Shown: positions 34,512 to 34,669 of the stretch, one piece after another | How the letters are laid out: each line of letters opens with the position of its first letter | Position numbering within the stretch: position 1 is the first letter of the stretch | The notes under the pieces: generated by a model | Databases searched by the model: none | What the model was told of the DNA's origin: nothing | What the model saw: the letters and a program-made list of their open reading frames with translations, nothing else | Made by a program: the position numbers and the translations under genes | Source: a virus | Lineage: Duplodnaviria > Caudoviricetes | Virus record (IMG/VR): IMGVR_UViG_3300032225_002837 | Coordinates: 1 to 34,669 of that record | Length of the DNA: 34,669 nucleotides | Strand: one strand, 5' to 3'

Positions 34512-34669
34512 ACGAAATCCTCTCCACCGCCTTCGCCGGGGGCCTCGTCGGCTTCGCCCTCGCCACCCTCCTGCAACTGCTGCATCAAATCATCCAGGCC
34601 ACCCTCGCCGCGCGCCGCCGCCGCCGCTGGATCAAGTCCCACCGCATCATCCGCCCAGGCATCCTATGA
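34508..34669 (+). CDS. Small single-TM protein with Arg-rich tail (53 aa)
   Basis: MNEILSTAFAGGLVGFALATLL..ARRRRRW. ATGA-coupled. Confidence 0.65.
   Translation: MNEILSTAFAGGLVGFALATLLQLLHQIIQATLAARRRRRWIKSHRIIRPGIL

Larger units (their letters stand above)
1..34669. mobile_element. Mu-like transposable (pro)phage, internal segment, B3/BcepMu-type divergent organisation
   Basis: MuA-like DDE gene next to a MuB-like ATPase, Mu gp26-gp29-like packaging genes, Mu I-type protease, MuF, gpG and gp36, with tight ATGA-coupled operons. No tail sheath was recognised. Both ends lie outside the window. Confidence 0.93.

Noticed and set aside
1-34669. Mu ends (TG...CA with transposase boxes), mom, gin invertase, Mor/C activator, tRNA or rRNA
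   Set aside because: None recognised. Both arms run off the window, so absence here is uninformative.

Overview
The window is the interior of a GC-rich Mu-like (transposable) temperate phage or prophage with a probably non-contractile tail. No phage ends or host genes are visible. The layout is B3/BcepMu-like. A late operon runs on the minus strand from about 25.7 kb to past position 1: holin-like genes, CHAP endolysin, gp25-27, terminase, portal, protease/scaffold, decoration protein, capsid, gp36, MuF, gpG, gp37-like, fibre/adhesin genes, tail tube, chaperone, tape measure, tail-tip genes and an Ig/RCC1 adhesin. An early operon diverges on the plus strand from 28.6 kb: Ner/Cro-like, Xis-like, DUF3102-like, MuA, MuB and small ORFs. 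The repressor and AT-richer morons lie between the two arms. The host is plausibly Verrucomicrobiota/PVC (inference only). Main points of interest: (1) MuF carries a PBECR2-like nuclease tip, and instead of an obvious co-oriented immunity gene there is a convergent promoter and hairpin RNA ending at its stop codon; (2) a RexAB-like two-gene defence moron; (3) a recurring [LI]-A-N motif across head proteins that looks like a prohead-protease cleavage signal, including one behind a membrane anchor; (4) in-frame TGA codons at Trp-like positions in MuA and in an antisense membrane gene; (5) antisense morons embedded in operons; (6) a fibre cassette flanked by direct repeats. All family assignments come from motif recognition by eye, not database searches.
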